A DNA stretch of 63,556 bases, the filler included, from Squatina squatina (taxonomy: Eukaryota): assembly GCA_031763465.1 (NCBI GenBank). It is 4 parts of 4 records of this genome, joined end to end, with 100 filler letters (N's around TTAATTAATTAA, not from the genome) between each part and the next. Parts side by side here need not be neighbours in the genome. Positions count along the whole stretch, not along the records: positions 1 to 21,657 come from JARFOE010000058.1; 3 more parts are not named here. One strand, 5' to 3'. A program made the position numbers and the translations under genes. Numbering within the stretch: the first letter of the stretch is position 1; every line of letters begins with the position of its first letter. Under the pieces are notes generated by a model, which saw nothing but the letters and a program-made list of their open reading frames with translations, searched no databases and was not told the origin of the DNA. Shown here one piece after another: positions 1-12,806 of the stretch.

Positions 1-629
1 ATCCAGGACTTACGACAAAGTGACAATAACCTTGTTGAATGCATTTTCTTCAGTCAGGATTTAAGCACCAGCCATACATTTGCTTGACCCACACAGCCTT
101 TTGTTCTGTAAGTATAAAAATGCTGAAAGCTAATAGCAAATATAGGAATATTAGGTGTGAATATACAGTCCAGTTAATGCTGGATGCTAGTTAGACCAAA
201 TGATTTGCTTTAATCTTTAATCTTTTGAACCAACAGAGCTTGGAGATGTCAATTCTGAAGCCCAGTTCTTTGCACAGCTTCAATACAGAGTGTCACCCAG
301 TATCGATCTGTAGAAATCTAACTTCTTTGAATTTAATACATTGATCAATTTGATGGACATTTGGGCAGGTGTAATCTGTAAGAGATGGATTGACCAGAAT
401 AATCTGTTCCAGGAATATGTTTATTTAACGGCATCAAATAAACTTTTACTCTTGAGTGGCATCACTGTCAGATTGAGGTTAGAGATCAATAATGCAACAT
501 GCAAAAGTGCAATGAGTAAGAAAGTCCCCTTGGCTAATGGTTTCCGTGATGAAACGTATATGTTTACACATGTTATGGTAAATAATCTATCTTCTGGGAT
601 CATGGGCAGGCGGGGGGCAGGGGTAGAGA

Positions 630-735
630 GGGAGTAAAATTGAAGCCAAGAGAAAGGAAAATAGAGTGGATGTATAACGGACAGTGAAACTGTTATTGCA
701 GTGTTGCGCCCTGCCAAAGTTTCAATTTTACTCCC
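630..735. mobile_element. 106-bp MITE-like element with perfect 15-bp terminal inverted repeats
   Basis: GGGAGTAAAATTGAA (630-644) and TTCAATTTTACTCCC (721-735); the GGG..AAATT end resembles the Harbinger-type ends elsewhere in the window; no clear TSD. Confidence 0.6.
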
Positions 736-3700
736 ACTGTTCTTTTTTGCACAATCAGCTCTGTATAACCATTATGTAAAGTGTGAAAAGCCTAAAAATT
801 AACAGAAGAAAAAGACAAAAGGGTTGGAATTGCTTTGTGCAATATCAGTAATCTGGGTGTTGCTGTGTTTGAGTGAAATTCCTTCATCTATTATTTTAAT
901 AATCTCATGTTTATTTTAAGAGGATTAGCACTTTTGCAAAAATATCAGGGAATTTGATGTGAACATGTTTTTGCATCCCACAATATGCCACTGGTTGCTT
1001 ATTTTAGTGTGAAGTTAGGGAAGAAACACCAGCATCCCACTCCTAGTGCAATTGTTGATTACTGAAATTTGTTGAAAAGATAATTCTTTTCAGTGATAAA
1101 AATATGACTGGTGTTACACTAGTTACGACAAACATCAATATCATTTCATAAATCTTACATTTGCACCACTTGATATCCTATTGTCATTTATTGAAATATN
1201 NNNNNNNNNNNNNNNNNNNNNNNNNNNNNNNNNNNNNNNNNNNNNNNNNNNNNNNNNNNNNNNNNNNNNNNNNNNNNNNNNNNNNNNNNNNNNNNNNNNA
1301 TCCACGAGATGGCTGGTGTAGGAAATGCAAAAATTTCAAACTGGTAGAGGAATGGTCTAAGGCCGAGGCATGCTGTTGGTCGAGACTAGAGGGAGCTCCA
1401 CTCTGCATCTAACCATGCTGCACCTGACCTTGGATGCTTGATGTTGATACTTTTTACCTGAAGTGAAAGTGTTCCTTGCCCCAGCAGGAACATGACTTAC
1501 CTTGATGAACACCACAAAATTCATACAAAACAAGCCTCAGAAAAAGAAAAAAATGGCTCATGAATCTGCCAAACCATGAAGGCCGTTCTTCTGCTCGGAA
1601 GAAATCAAATGATGTTCAATATTTGACTCATCTGCTTGGACTTTTCTCTGTGTTGTATCATGATAACCGGGACCAGTGAATAATCAGGACAACGTTGTCA
1701 GTTGGGCGAAAAATTTTGCTTGGCTTCCAGGGTCCATTGGCTCTGTTTAGCCATTAAAAAGCTCTTTGTAGAAATCTGTTTGTGAGCCGTATTTAACATG
1801 CTGGCTCTCTGCTGTGAAATACAGCCAGCCACAGCTCGATTTAGTTCTAGTCATACCTCTGAAATATATTATTGCTGCTGAGATACATAATCTTTTGACA
1901 TATAGCAGCAGATGCATGGTGGTGAGGATAATTAGAGTTGATAATGGTCTGTCCCCAGAATATTTCCTCTGTCCATAATTCTTTATCAGCATATAGATTG
2001 AGTGCGTGCGGAATGAAAATGCAATCTCTCCATGATTTGGTGCAAGGCTGGAAACTGGTATCTGAAAAAATTATCTGGAACTCCAGGCACATTTTTGATA
2101 GCTTTTCAGATGATTGCCCAACCTGCTTTATTTCCCATATAATGGAGCCCAAGATCTCTCATTTTTATATAATATTAAGGTTAAATTATTATTAGCTTTG
2201 CTCAGTTGGCCAGACTCTCACTTCGAACTCAGAAAGCTGTGGATTCCGCCCCATGTCAAGGATGAATCTCATAATCTAGATGACACTCCAGTTTACTACT
2301 GTGGAATTGCTGCATTGTTAGAGGGGCAACTTTTCAGATAAGACATTAAACCTAGGCCCTGTCTGTCTGTATTCATGGTTCAGGCGGATTGAAAGTTCAT
2401 TCATCTCATTGTTTTTTGTGTGACCTTGCTGTGCACAAAATAGCAAGGCTCGCTCGATTGATTCCTGGGATGAGAGGGCTGTATTATGAAGAGAGATTGT
2501 GTGGAATGGGCCTACATTCTCTAAGAGCTTCGAAGAACGAGAAGTGATCTCATTTAAATGTATAAAATTCTTAGAGGGCTTGTCAGCTTTCCGCTGGCTG
2601 GAGAGTCTCGAACTAGGGGGTCTTGTAAAGCGTAATCATTCGCTTTCAGTAAAGCAGAGATGAGCAGTGTGTATTATCATGAAACTTGTAGTGATGACAT
2701 CCCAAACATTTTTTAAGCTGCAAAACATAAGAATCGGAGAGCCTTTGAACCAGTGAAATCGCAGAAACCAATCTGAAAGAAAAGAAAGACGTGCATTTAT
2801 ATAGCACCTCTCATGACCATCAAATGTTCCAAAGCACTTTATAGCCATTGAAGTACTTTTTGATGTGTATTCACCAGATTAATGTAGGAAACGCGGCAGT
2901 CAATTTGAGCACAGTAAGATCCCACAGATTAATGTGATCATGACCAGATAATCTGTTTTTTGTTCTATTGANNNNNNNNNNNNNNNNNNNNNNNNNNNNN
3001 NNNNNNNNNNNNNNNNNNNNNNNNNNNNNNNNNNNNNNNNNNNNNNNNNNNNNNNNNNNNNNNNNNNNNNNATCGACCTGAAGCGTTAACTCTGTTTCTC
3101 TCTCCACAGATCCTGCCTGATCTGCTGAGTATTTCCAGCACTTCCTGTTTTTATTATCCATGGCAAATGTTGACTTGTAACAGTTAACACAGCCTGAATT
3201 TATTTTATACTTTAGACAATTAGAGATTAAATAGTTTTGCATTATTGGCTCATAGTGGCCTTTGCAATGGACGTTGTTTGTCAAAATCAGTTTATCTCAT
3301 CTCAACTCAATTGCAATTTGTATAAAGAACCAACTAGGGAGCACAATACACATAAAAAATCATTACCTAAACCAAGGTAATGTGCACCAATAAATCAGGA
3401 CTGCTGAGTTGATATAGAAATTTCCGTTTCTGGCCTCTTTACACTGATACTGGTCAGTCTTGCATTGTAATCGGCATCTTTATTGATTGTATGTGGCTAA
3501 AACAGAGGCATTAAGCATTTGTCCTCTGATTTATAGGGGGTAATTTTCCATTGGGCTGCTTTTAAGAGCTTAATTATATTATAAATTGCACTTATTTCTT
3601 TCTCTTCGATCAATCTTACCATGTTAAATGGGTCATGTGGTTGCATTCACTTCCACAGTAAGATATATTCCTCTTCTGCAATGTCGCTTATTGATTAAAT

Positions 3701-3959
3701 CAGATTTTGCTTTGAACGATGTCCTTTGGCAGATTGGATACAATCATATCCAAGTTTGTCTGTACTTGTTGGAGGAGCAAAGCTGGTGTGCTGCTCTGAT
3801 AACAAACAAGAAGCAAAAGAAGATCAAAACAGTGTTATTTCTTTATTCTATAATTTGCACATTTAAACCAAATGAGCTACAATTCAGAAAAAACTAAGGG
3901 AAATCTTTTATTAAATCACATTGGTAACACAGATACAGCTCTGTCAGTCACCTATTTGG

Positions 3960-4220
3960 GTATGAGAACAGCTTGGTGTGATGTTAAGCCATAAATCCCA
4001 AAATGTTCCAGGTTTGATTTGTGAAATTAGCTGACCTCAGCTGGGTATATGTTAAAGTGTTAAATCTGGCCTCAATAGGGAGGTAAGAAATTGGCCAGGA
4101 TCCCACTGTTAGTCATTATCCCATAACCCCTGCCAGAAGGTGTATGTGTGTGGATGTTAGACAAGGGCAAAATCAAGCTCAGCTATAATGTTCCACATGA
4201 TTAAATATCCCCTCGTGCTC
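3960..4220 (+). mobile_element. Old SINE, AmnSINE2-like
   Basis: TTAGCTGACCTCAGCTGGG...GGCCTCA...ACCCCTGCCAGAAGGTGTATGTGTGTGGA; related fragments near 11615-11725, 15385-15520, 16030-16130, 21525-21657, 25280-25360 and 62700-62820. Family name is from recalled consensus. Confidence 0.5.
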
Positions 4221-5654
4221 AGTGTGTAATCTTGCACATTATGAAATCTTCATTGAGCAAAGTTCCAGCACCTTCGGAAGGAAAGAAAGANNNNNNNNNN
4301 NNNNNNNNNNNNNNNNNNNNNNNNNNNNNNNNNNNNNNNNNNNNNNNNNNNNNNNNNNNNNNNNNNNNNNNNNNNNNNNNNNNNNNNNNNTTTCTAAATC
4401 TGATATCAAACTTTTGTGGGGTTAATGGTATCAAAAGTTCACCCTGGCACTGAAAAAGAGAAATTCACATTTTTCTTTTTATTGAATATGAAAAGGTCTG
4501 TAAAGCTGACCTATTCTATCCCAGTACAATGTATTGGTCTAAGGCCAGATTGCCTTTGGCTGATGAATTTGTTTTTCAGCAGAAAGACATTTGTACAAAT
4601 CAGCTCTGCAAAATCTGAGCTCCAGCAGGGTGAACCGATATTGGTCTCTAGTTATTTGAATCAATCTCACCAAATTTATGAGGGGGAATAATTTTTCCTT
4701 GTAAATTCTAAACAGTCATAACATCAAATATTTAACAGCTCATTAAAAAGATGTTAATCAGCATGGCGTTAACTACTTTGAGCAATAAAGCATGAAACTG
4801 AACACATAAGAAGATGTCTGCAGTCAAATCAAACACGGCATCTGCAAAGCGACTAGTATTAAGGTATTGGTATATCTTTGTGGAATTCCAGCCATCTTGT
4901 ACCCAATTACTATAGGAATGATTTTCTGTTTCAGCAGACATCAGGCAGGNNNNNNNNNNNNNNNNNNNNNNNNNNNNNNNNNNNNNNNNNNNNNNNNNNN
5001 NNNNNNNNNNNNNNNNNNNNNNNNNNNNNNNNNNNNNNNNNNNNNNNNNNNNNNNNNNNNNNNNNNNNNNNNNNNNNNNNNNNNNNNNNNNNNNNNNNNN
5101 NNNNNNNNNNNNNNNNNNNNNNNNNNNNNNNNNNNNNNNNNNNNNNNNNNNNNNNNNNNNNNNNNNNNNNNNNNNNNNNNNNNNNNNNNNNNNNNNNNNN
5201 NNNNNNNNNNNNNNNNNNNNNNNNNNNNNNNNNNNNNNNNNNNNNNNNNNNNNNNNNNNNNNNNNNNNNNNNNNNNNNNNNNNNNNNNNNNNNNNNNNNN
5301 NNNNNNNNNNNNNNNNNNNNNNNNNNNNNNNNNNNNNNNNNNNNNNNNNNNNNNNNNNNNNNNNNNNNNNNNNNNNNNNNNNNNNNNNNNNNNNNNNNNN
5401 NNNNNNNNNNNNNNNNNNNNNNNNNNNNNNNNNNNNNNNNNNNNNNNNNNNNNNNNNNNNNNNNNNNNNNNNNNNNNNNNNNNNNNNNNNNNNNNNNNNN
5501 NNNNNNNNNNNNNNNNNNNNNNNNNNNNNNNNNNNNNNNNNNNNNNNNNNNNNNNNNNNNNNNNNNNNNNNNNNNNNNNNNNNNNNNNNNNNNNNNNNNN
5601 NNNNNNNNNNNNNNNNNNNNNNNNNNNNNNNNNNNNNNNNNNNNNNNNNNNNNN

Positions 5655-7028
5655 ATGAGGCTGCACCCGCAAACCTTCAACAAGCAGAGGGGCCTGAACA
5701 TCCACCTCATCATGAGGGTGTGGAGGAGGAGCAGGACTCTGATGAAACAGATGAGGAAAATGAGGAAACAGAGGTGGAGGAGGACCAAGCTCAGGAGGAG
5801 GTGGGAGTGGGAGAGGCGAGGGGTCACAGATGTCCATTGAGGAGGGATGCAGCAAGGGAGGCCAGACAGAACCTCAAAGAGGCTAGATTTCAATAGCATA
5901 ACACTTCACCACTGCCATCTAGATGAACTGTGTGACCATGTACATCTGTTCAAGGCCTCACAATCCATTCCACTCACTCCATTGCATCAAACACAACAAA
6001 GACTTGGAGGAAACGGCCTCTGCAAACCCTGGAATGAAACACATATGCTATAATGTGTTGAAATGTAGCATTCATACTCAGGCATTATAAAAACATTAAG
6101 GTACAGAACCTTACTCACCCTTGTGCTTTTGCACATCACATTTATTCAACTTTTCCTCCCTCTGACTCCACCTAAGTGACTTGCCTGTGTCTGCAGCAGG
6201 GCTTGTGGAAGATTGCTGTGAGGTTGAAGGGGTCTCCGTAGCTGTCTTCTTTGGACGCCCTTGGTCCTGGATGGGTCTGCTTCCGACTGCTCCACTGGTG
6301 GAGTTGCAGCGGCAATGTGTGCTGCCTGGGTGCCAGTCATGGGCAGCTGCAATAGCAGAGAGGCAGTGGTAGGTGAGAGAATGCTCTCATGCTGAGAGAG
6401 GAGAAAAGCTCCAGAGCCTGTTTGATGACCCTCCTACTTCTTGTGAGAGCAGCCATCCAGATGATTGTGGCCAAAGCTGCAGCATAAACGCAAAGTATCC
6501 ATGCTTTTTATCAATGACCAAAGTGGGCATACAATTGAACAATGAGCTTTGGCACCTGAACGAGCTTAGAGAACTACAGAGTGCTCTCCATCATCGCTTC
6601 CGCTCATTCTGGTGGCAGCTCCTTCAGTCTGGCATCATTTCCTTCAGTTTGGTGTCACCTCCTTCAGTTTGTAATGTTCTCCTTGACTCTGCTGTCACCT
6701 CCTTCGGTTTGTAATGTTCTCCTGGCAGCTCCTTGAGTCTTGCATCATTTCCTTGACTCTGCTCTCAGCTCCTTGAGTCTGGCATCAATTCTTTGACTCT
6801 GCAGGCAGCTCCTTGAGTCTGAAGTTTCCTGCTTCACTCTGCAGTCAGCGGCTTGCCTCTGCAGTCAGCGCCTCCACTGAGCTATTAGTGCCTCCAAACA
6901 GCGCCACTCCAGAAAAAAAAGAAAGTGCCGAATTTCGCATCCAAATAATGCCTTCACAGCCAGGCGCGATTAAGGTACTAAAAAGTGATGCAACATTTTT
7001 AGCGTGGCGCTACCGAATTTCACCCCCC
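5655..7028 (+). mobile_element. PIF/Harbinger DNA transposon relic (transposase C-terminus, convergent ORF2 remnant, right end)
   Basis: 5657-5896 reads EAAPANLQQ...EEEQDSDETDEENEETEVEEDQAQEE...DAAREARQNLKEARFQ*: an acidic tail plus an R..L...F* end typical of Harbinger/HARBI1-like transposases. Convergent ORF remnant 6146-6352; end ...GGCGCTACCGAATTTCACCCCCC. The 5' part is in a 705-N gap. Confidence 0.65.
6612..6826. repeat. Degenerate 17-20 bp tandem repeat (core CTCCTT(C/G)AGTCT / CCTTGACTCTG)
   Basis: Recurrent GGCAGCTCCTTGAGTCT, TCCTTGACTCTG and TGTAATGTTCTCC blocks inside the Harbinger relic. Confidence 0.75.
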
Positions 7029-9453
7029 AATGTTTTTGGGTATTGTATTAATTCAAGATGGCTCCAATTTCTTTGAATGTAAATGAACCATTGAAGTCAT
7101 GACCAAAAATTGTGATAGAGGGATCCCTTTTCTTCAAGTTCACAACAAATGGTATTTTTCCATGCAGGGTTAATCTAGTCAAAGCCTCAGGAGGTGTGAC
7201 AGGTAATTTTCAACAGGCTTTCCTTCTTTCAGTCACAAATACAAAGTAAGTCAGTCATCCTACATATTTCTTCCCACTCCTCATCTGCAATAATATAGAT
7301 GAAACTGCACTGCATATTGACAAATGTTGTATTATTTTCAAAGCTGAAGGGACTAAGTTAATAGCTCGCTCAAGAAGGTGTGACACTAATATTGCCTATA
7401 GATCTTTCATCCATAACGGTACCATCATTTTTAATTAAATTTTAAAAAATCAACTCCTTGCCTTGGTAATCCCATACTTAAGTGTAGTTAAACAGGTAAA
7501 TCTAGACAAGTGGGGTCATTCTCAAAGAAGTTTGTCACAGAGGGCACTATCAGCATTCTGCNNNNNNNNNNNNNNNNNNNNNNNNNNNNNNNNNNNNNNN
7601 NNNNNNNNNNNNNNNNNNNNNNNNNNNNNNNNNNNNNNNNNNNNNNNNNNNNNNNNNNNNNGATATTACCAATTATGCAAAAGACTGTAAAAGGTGAGGA
7701 ATAACAAATTTGTTCCATCAAACTGTGTGTTTGCACAGGGTTTCTGTAATCCGCAGACGTGACCTGGCACAATGCTGTCCTGATTTTCCATGTGGGATTA
7801 CTTCAACTATTCCCATTCTTCATGACAATGAATAAAATACACAGAAAATGTAATGCATTGTAAACACTTTCTAATCTCCTGTAATCTTTCCTAATACTTT
7901 AATTTGACCTTTTAACTGTAGTTTTTTCAACCTAAATAACTCTTTTGGGAGCAATCTTCCCCCGAATTAGTCAGATTTTTGTGTTAAGATGAAGTAATTT
8001 TTATTTTAGCTGTCCTGGATAATGGGCTAACATTACTGGATATGATGACAGCAGTAATGTGATGCTCCACAGAAATACTCATGTTTGATATCCAGAACTC
8101 CATGGTGAATTTATGCGTGGCTGGTTAGGATACTATCTTCTGTAAGTTGTTAATGACATATAATATGGATTTATCATGTCATTACTGATTTGCATGCCCA
8201 CACCTCCAACTCATATTTAATAAAATTATTCAACAAACTTGCATGTGTGTGCCTAATTCAATAAGGGTATTCACCATTATTCCTTTTAAAAATCAAATCA
8301 TTATACATAATTCTATTAGTTTTTAATATGCTTTTGTTTTGTCCATCCATATTTCTTAATTTGCTGACTCATTTTGTTTAAACATTAATGATAATCATTA
8401 TGACATCACCCAGGGAACCGACTGGAAGGAGTTAATGAGCCAGAGAGTGTCAGCAGCCTAATTACGTAAAAATAGAGATGCAGTTGTTAACTTAGGTTGC
8501 GCTAGCAATCATGTCATTTTAAGTGTGCATGCTAAATNNNNNNNNNNNNNNNNNNNNNNNNNNNNNNNNNNNNNNNNNNNNNNNNNNNNNNNNNNNNNNN
8601 NNNNNNNNNNNNNNNNNNNNNNNNNNNNNNNNNNNNNTTGTAGCCATATCTGAGCTGCATGGTTCATTTACAAATGGCAGTGTCTTGCTGTGCATTGAGG
8701 TCCTGGTTGGCGGACATCCCGTGGACCCCACTGATGAGCCTCGGATCAAATTGAAACTGCTGCCTGCAGTCATAAAATGTTTAACGTTCATTTCTGTGTA
8801 CAGTCTGAATCTAATCACTTGCTGCGACAGTGTAAAGGGAGCTTTACTGTGTATCTAACCCGTGCTGTACCTGCTCTGCAGTGTGAGCTCTGTTGGGAGA
8901 GCTTGATGCTGACGCTGTGTGCCTGAGCTGCTAGTGTTGTGTTCCCCAGCACTGAAACCCCTCCCCTTGATTCCAGTTCTTGGAGAAGAGTCAGTCAGCC
9001 ATGGAGCAGGAATTATTTTTATCAAATCTCAATTTTAAGTCAAAATAAAGAAGCTGAGGATCTTCGACTCACTTTTAAGCCCATGTCAGTAGTGATTTGC
9101 AGTAGTGTTGTGTATGGTAACCAGACCCCATCACAATCTGCTACCAGTGGCCATCAATCAGCTGGCTTCTGATAACATGAACAATTTCTCACTGCGATTC
9201 AGTGGCTGTGCAGATACGTAAATCATTCATATTTTCAATCTGCTGAGGTCTGTTTGAATGGTACTTTTGTGACATGGCTTCACTAAACTTCCAATTTAGA
9301 AGCTGGTGTTTGGCAGTGCAGGGATTAAATCTATACACTTCTGTGTATAATGAGTGTTTAAAAGTGGATTTGCTGTGTTTGTAATATTTCTTCTCTCTGG
9401 ATTAATGCTTTCCCCCTGTGTGTTGTGTCTTGTTCTCGGATGCTAACCCTCAG

Positions 9454-9546
9454 TTGGAGGTGCTACAGTACCGCCTCGGTATCTGCAGTACTCAGTACAG
9501 CACTGCTTCGCCACTGCCTGGCCACGGCACCTTCCACACCTACCAA
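9454..9546 (+). other. Candidate 93-nt cassette exon of an unidentified gene
   Basis: Pyrimidine-rich tract, CTAAC and cAG; GTACCT donor; all three frames open; CpG-retaining; TGCATG about 110 nt downstream. Confidence 0.4.
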
Positions 9547-12384
9547 GTACCTTTTTATTTTCATTTTACCTCTTCTGGAGACGCTAGCTTTTTGCTGGGG
9601 TACAATTGCATTAATATTGGCAGCCCTCAGGTATCTCACTGAGGTGGACATTCTTCATGCATGACCCTAGATAGTGAGTGTTAGTAGACTCTTTAATCAG
9701 ATTAGCCAGATCCTGTGCTTATCCAATTTCTACACAATAGCTTTTCAGCAGGGGTCACTGGATAGTGATTACAATTGGTATTTCTGCCTGATGCTTTTTC
9801 TCTCCGTGTGTCAGAGAGTACTGAGGCCAATTGCCCAACTGCTAGCTCCCATTAATTCAATACACTGAGACCTCTGATCTGGATGGCTCAGTTATAGGCT
9901 GCATTTACCAACAGAATCATCAGGGAAGTTGTTATAAAGATTAGTTGTACTGCAATTAATTATCCAACTCTGTAACCTTATGACTGGTGATTATATCTCC
10001 TTACACCAATAAAACCTATGACAAAATGATTGGGCACAGCACAGGTGGCTCTTTCGATAGGAACAAACATTGATCAAGGACAACCATTCAGCTGGACAAC
10101 AAGTCNNNNNNNNNNNNNNNNNNNNNNNNNNNNNNNNNNNNNNNNNNNNNNNNNNNNNNNNNNNNNNNNNNNNNNNNNNNNNNNNNNNNNNNNNNNNNNN
10201 NNNNNTATTGTTGAACAATTTGCATACGATGGAGCATACAAGATGAACGTGTGAAAACTATTCCCTGAAAATTGTTCTGCGCAAAGATAGTGAGGAACAC
10301 ATTTAATAACAAACATATTTGAAATAAATGGGTTCATATTTGATTAAAATAGCAAAGGAGTTTGTAACAGAAGCATTAACACAAATGTCATTTCAAAGTA
10401 TGCTTTGGGTACTACCGACGATACTACGGTGTGAAATGCCTCCTGTCAATTTTTGCAAGAAATGTCACAAAACCCCATTTTAAACTGGTGCAGCTTTTCC
10501 ACTACAATCATCAACAAGCAGAATTGTGCCCTCTGAGTAAAGTACAAATTAGACTGAATGCTGCGACAGTGATTCAGTGAAACCTTCCACCACTGCAATG
10601 CAGACAAAATGTGAAATCCTTGTGTATGCTCCAGCGAATGATTAGTTGGGCAGCTCTGGTGTCTCAGGCTGAAACGATACCACCGTCGAGGACATTTGGC
10701 AGATCAATGNNNNNNNNNNNNNNNNNNNNNNNNNNNNNNNNNNNNNNNNNNNNNNNNNNNNNNNNNNNNNNNNNNNNNNNNNNNNNNNNNNNNNNNNNNN
10801 NNNNNNNNNACTCAGTTCCTTTGTGTGAAGTGTTATGGAGCAAAAAGTGTTATTACTATCAAGATGGAGAAACTGAGGGGAGATCCCTTTATTCCCCCTG
10901 ATTACCCAAATGGCAAATATGAAAGTCTCCTTTCATCTCCATCACAGCACTATGTACTGTTTCAGTCTCATTTTTAGCCATTGTTTGTTTCTTACATGAC
11001 CACATTCATAAATTTGTTTTCTTTCATATCACTAACGAGAAAAGGATCTTCACGTCTAGTTGTGATCAACAGCTCATTAAAGGGTTTGAGCGATGTCATA
11101 AAATTTTTAGACTGTGATGAATCCCCTTCCCCCACCTCCCGCTTATTAATATGTTTATATATGAATGCTAAATATGACCTGCAGCAAAACTGCTGGGTCA
11201 AAGTCATAGTATACATCATAAATAATGCAAAAATGTTGGTGTTCATTTCCATTATTTTCTAACTGTTTCTTCATTAGTCTGCTTGATGATGTAAAGAACA
11301 GCCCTGATGATACATTAGAATGATAAATTAAATACATTACTTTTAACGTATAGTTTGGTCTGATTTATTGAATTCATTATGTTTATTAAAAACAGTCAAG
11401 ATGATTCACCAGCCACACAGATCAGAAACTTTGGAAATTAAATAATAATATATTTATACAGGGGAAAAATGAATTGTTCATTTATTCATAATTAATCATG
11501 TATGCTCACTTTCAAATGAATGTAATAATTAAAAATCTTCCTGCTGATTTGTTCATTCTACAATCCAGAAAAGCGTGGGCTTGAGGAGAACGGAATTGTT
11601 TCTATGGATATCTTCTTTCACACATGAAGAATGGTTACATAGGCAAGGTGCCAGAGGTCTGCTGGTACCCACAGAAATGTAACTTAGTGAGAGTTACCAT
11701 CTTCAGGAGATGTGAGGAAAATTGAAGACAGAAAGGAATTTTTTTAGCTTTAATCTCTTAGCAAATACATTATTATTCACATTGATGCCAGTTCCTTTAA
11801 TTAGCTAAGTAAGCATGCCAGTAAGCTTTCTGGAGCTTTTATCATAATTTCTGAAAAATATCTCTGACTACCATAAACACCCTTGTGTGATATTTCATTT
11901 CTTTAAACCCACCCAGTGAAATTTAAAATACAGGTCGTTTTTAATGTTGTGGATTTATGCCAACTAGAAACTAGGTCGAGACTGTCTGCACGCCCTTTAG
12001 TCTGCCCCCGCCCCAACAGAACTTACCCAAAACAAACATTTATTAATGAACACTTACCTCTGTTCCGCGAGAGCAGAACTGGGCTTGGATATTTGGCAGA
12101 CCATACATTGCAGTGTCAGTTTGATGGTTCTGCTGGTAATTCTGCCCGTCCATGACACAATGTACTTTAAGCATTAGGCACTGTCCAGCGGCATTCTGCA
12201 CAAGTTCAAAGTGTGTTCAGTACCAGAGGCAAAGTATGCTGGCAAGCTGCACTAACAGAACCCATAAACTACCTCTTAAAATAAGCAAGTAACCTATTCA
12301 TCATCATGGTAATCACAACACTAGTACTGTGTGTATCAAACACAATGGTCATACTGAACTAAAACTCAAATTCTAAAAAGCACG

Positions 12385-12806
12385 TAAGAACATAAGAATT
12401 AGGAGCAGAAGTCGGCCATACGGCCCCTCGAGCCTGTTCCGCCATTCAATAAGACCATGGCTGGCCTTCAACCTCAACTCCACTTTCCCACCCTGTCTTC
12501 ATATCCCTTGATTCCCCTTGAATTCAAATATCGACCTATCTCAGCCTTGAATATACTCAATGATTCAGCATCCACAGCCCTCTGGTAGGGATTCCAAAGA
12601 TTCACAACCCTCTGAGTGAAGAAATTCCTCCTCATCTCCGTCTTAAATGGCCAACCCCTTGTCCTGAAACTATGCCCCCTAGTTCCTGCCAGGGGAAACA
12701 ATCTCTCAGCATCTACCCTGTCAAGCCTCCTCAGAATCTTGTGTTTCAATGAGATCACCTCTCATTCTTCTAAACTCCAGAGAGTATAGGCCTAGTCTAC
12801 TCAATC
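12385..12806 (-). mobile_element. CR1 LINE 3' fragment
   Basis: ORF2 end LDRVDAERLFPL..TRGH..RRNFFTQRVVNLWN; 3' UTR ending in a CTTATGTTCTTA-type tail. Confidence 0.9.

Noticed and set aside
1385-1510. Similarity to 8835-8970 suggesting a local duplication
   Set aside because: Both share GGGAGCT..ACT.TG.ATCTAACC.TGCTG.ACCTG, more simply explained as copies of a dispersed repeat family.
4867-5899. 263-322 aa ORFs (and similar ones at 13844-14354, 25210-25984, 35618-35947)
   Set aside because: They are open only because they run through N gaps.
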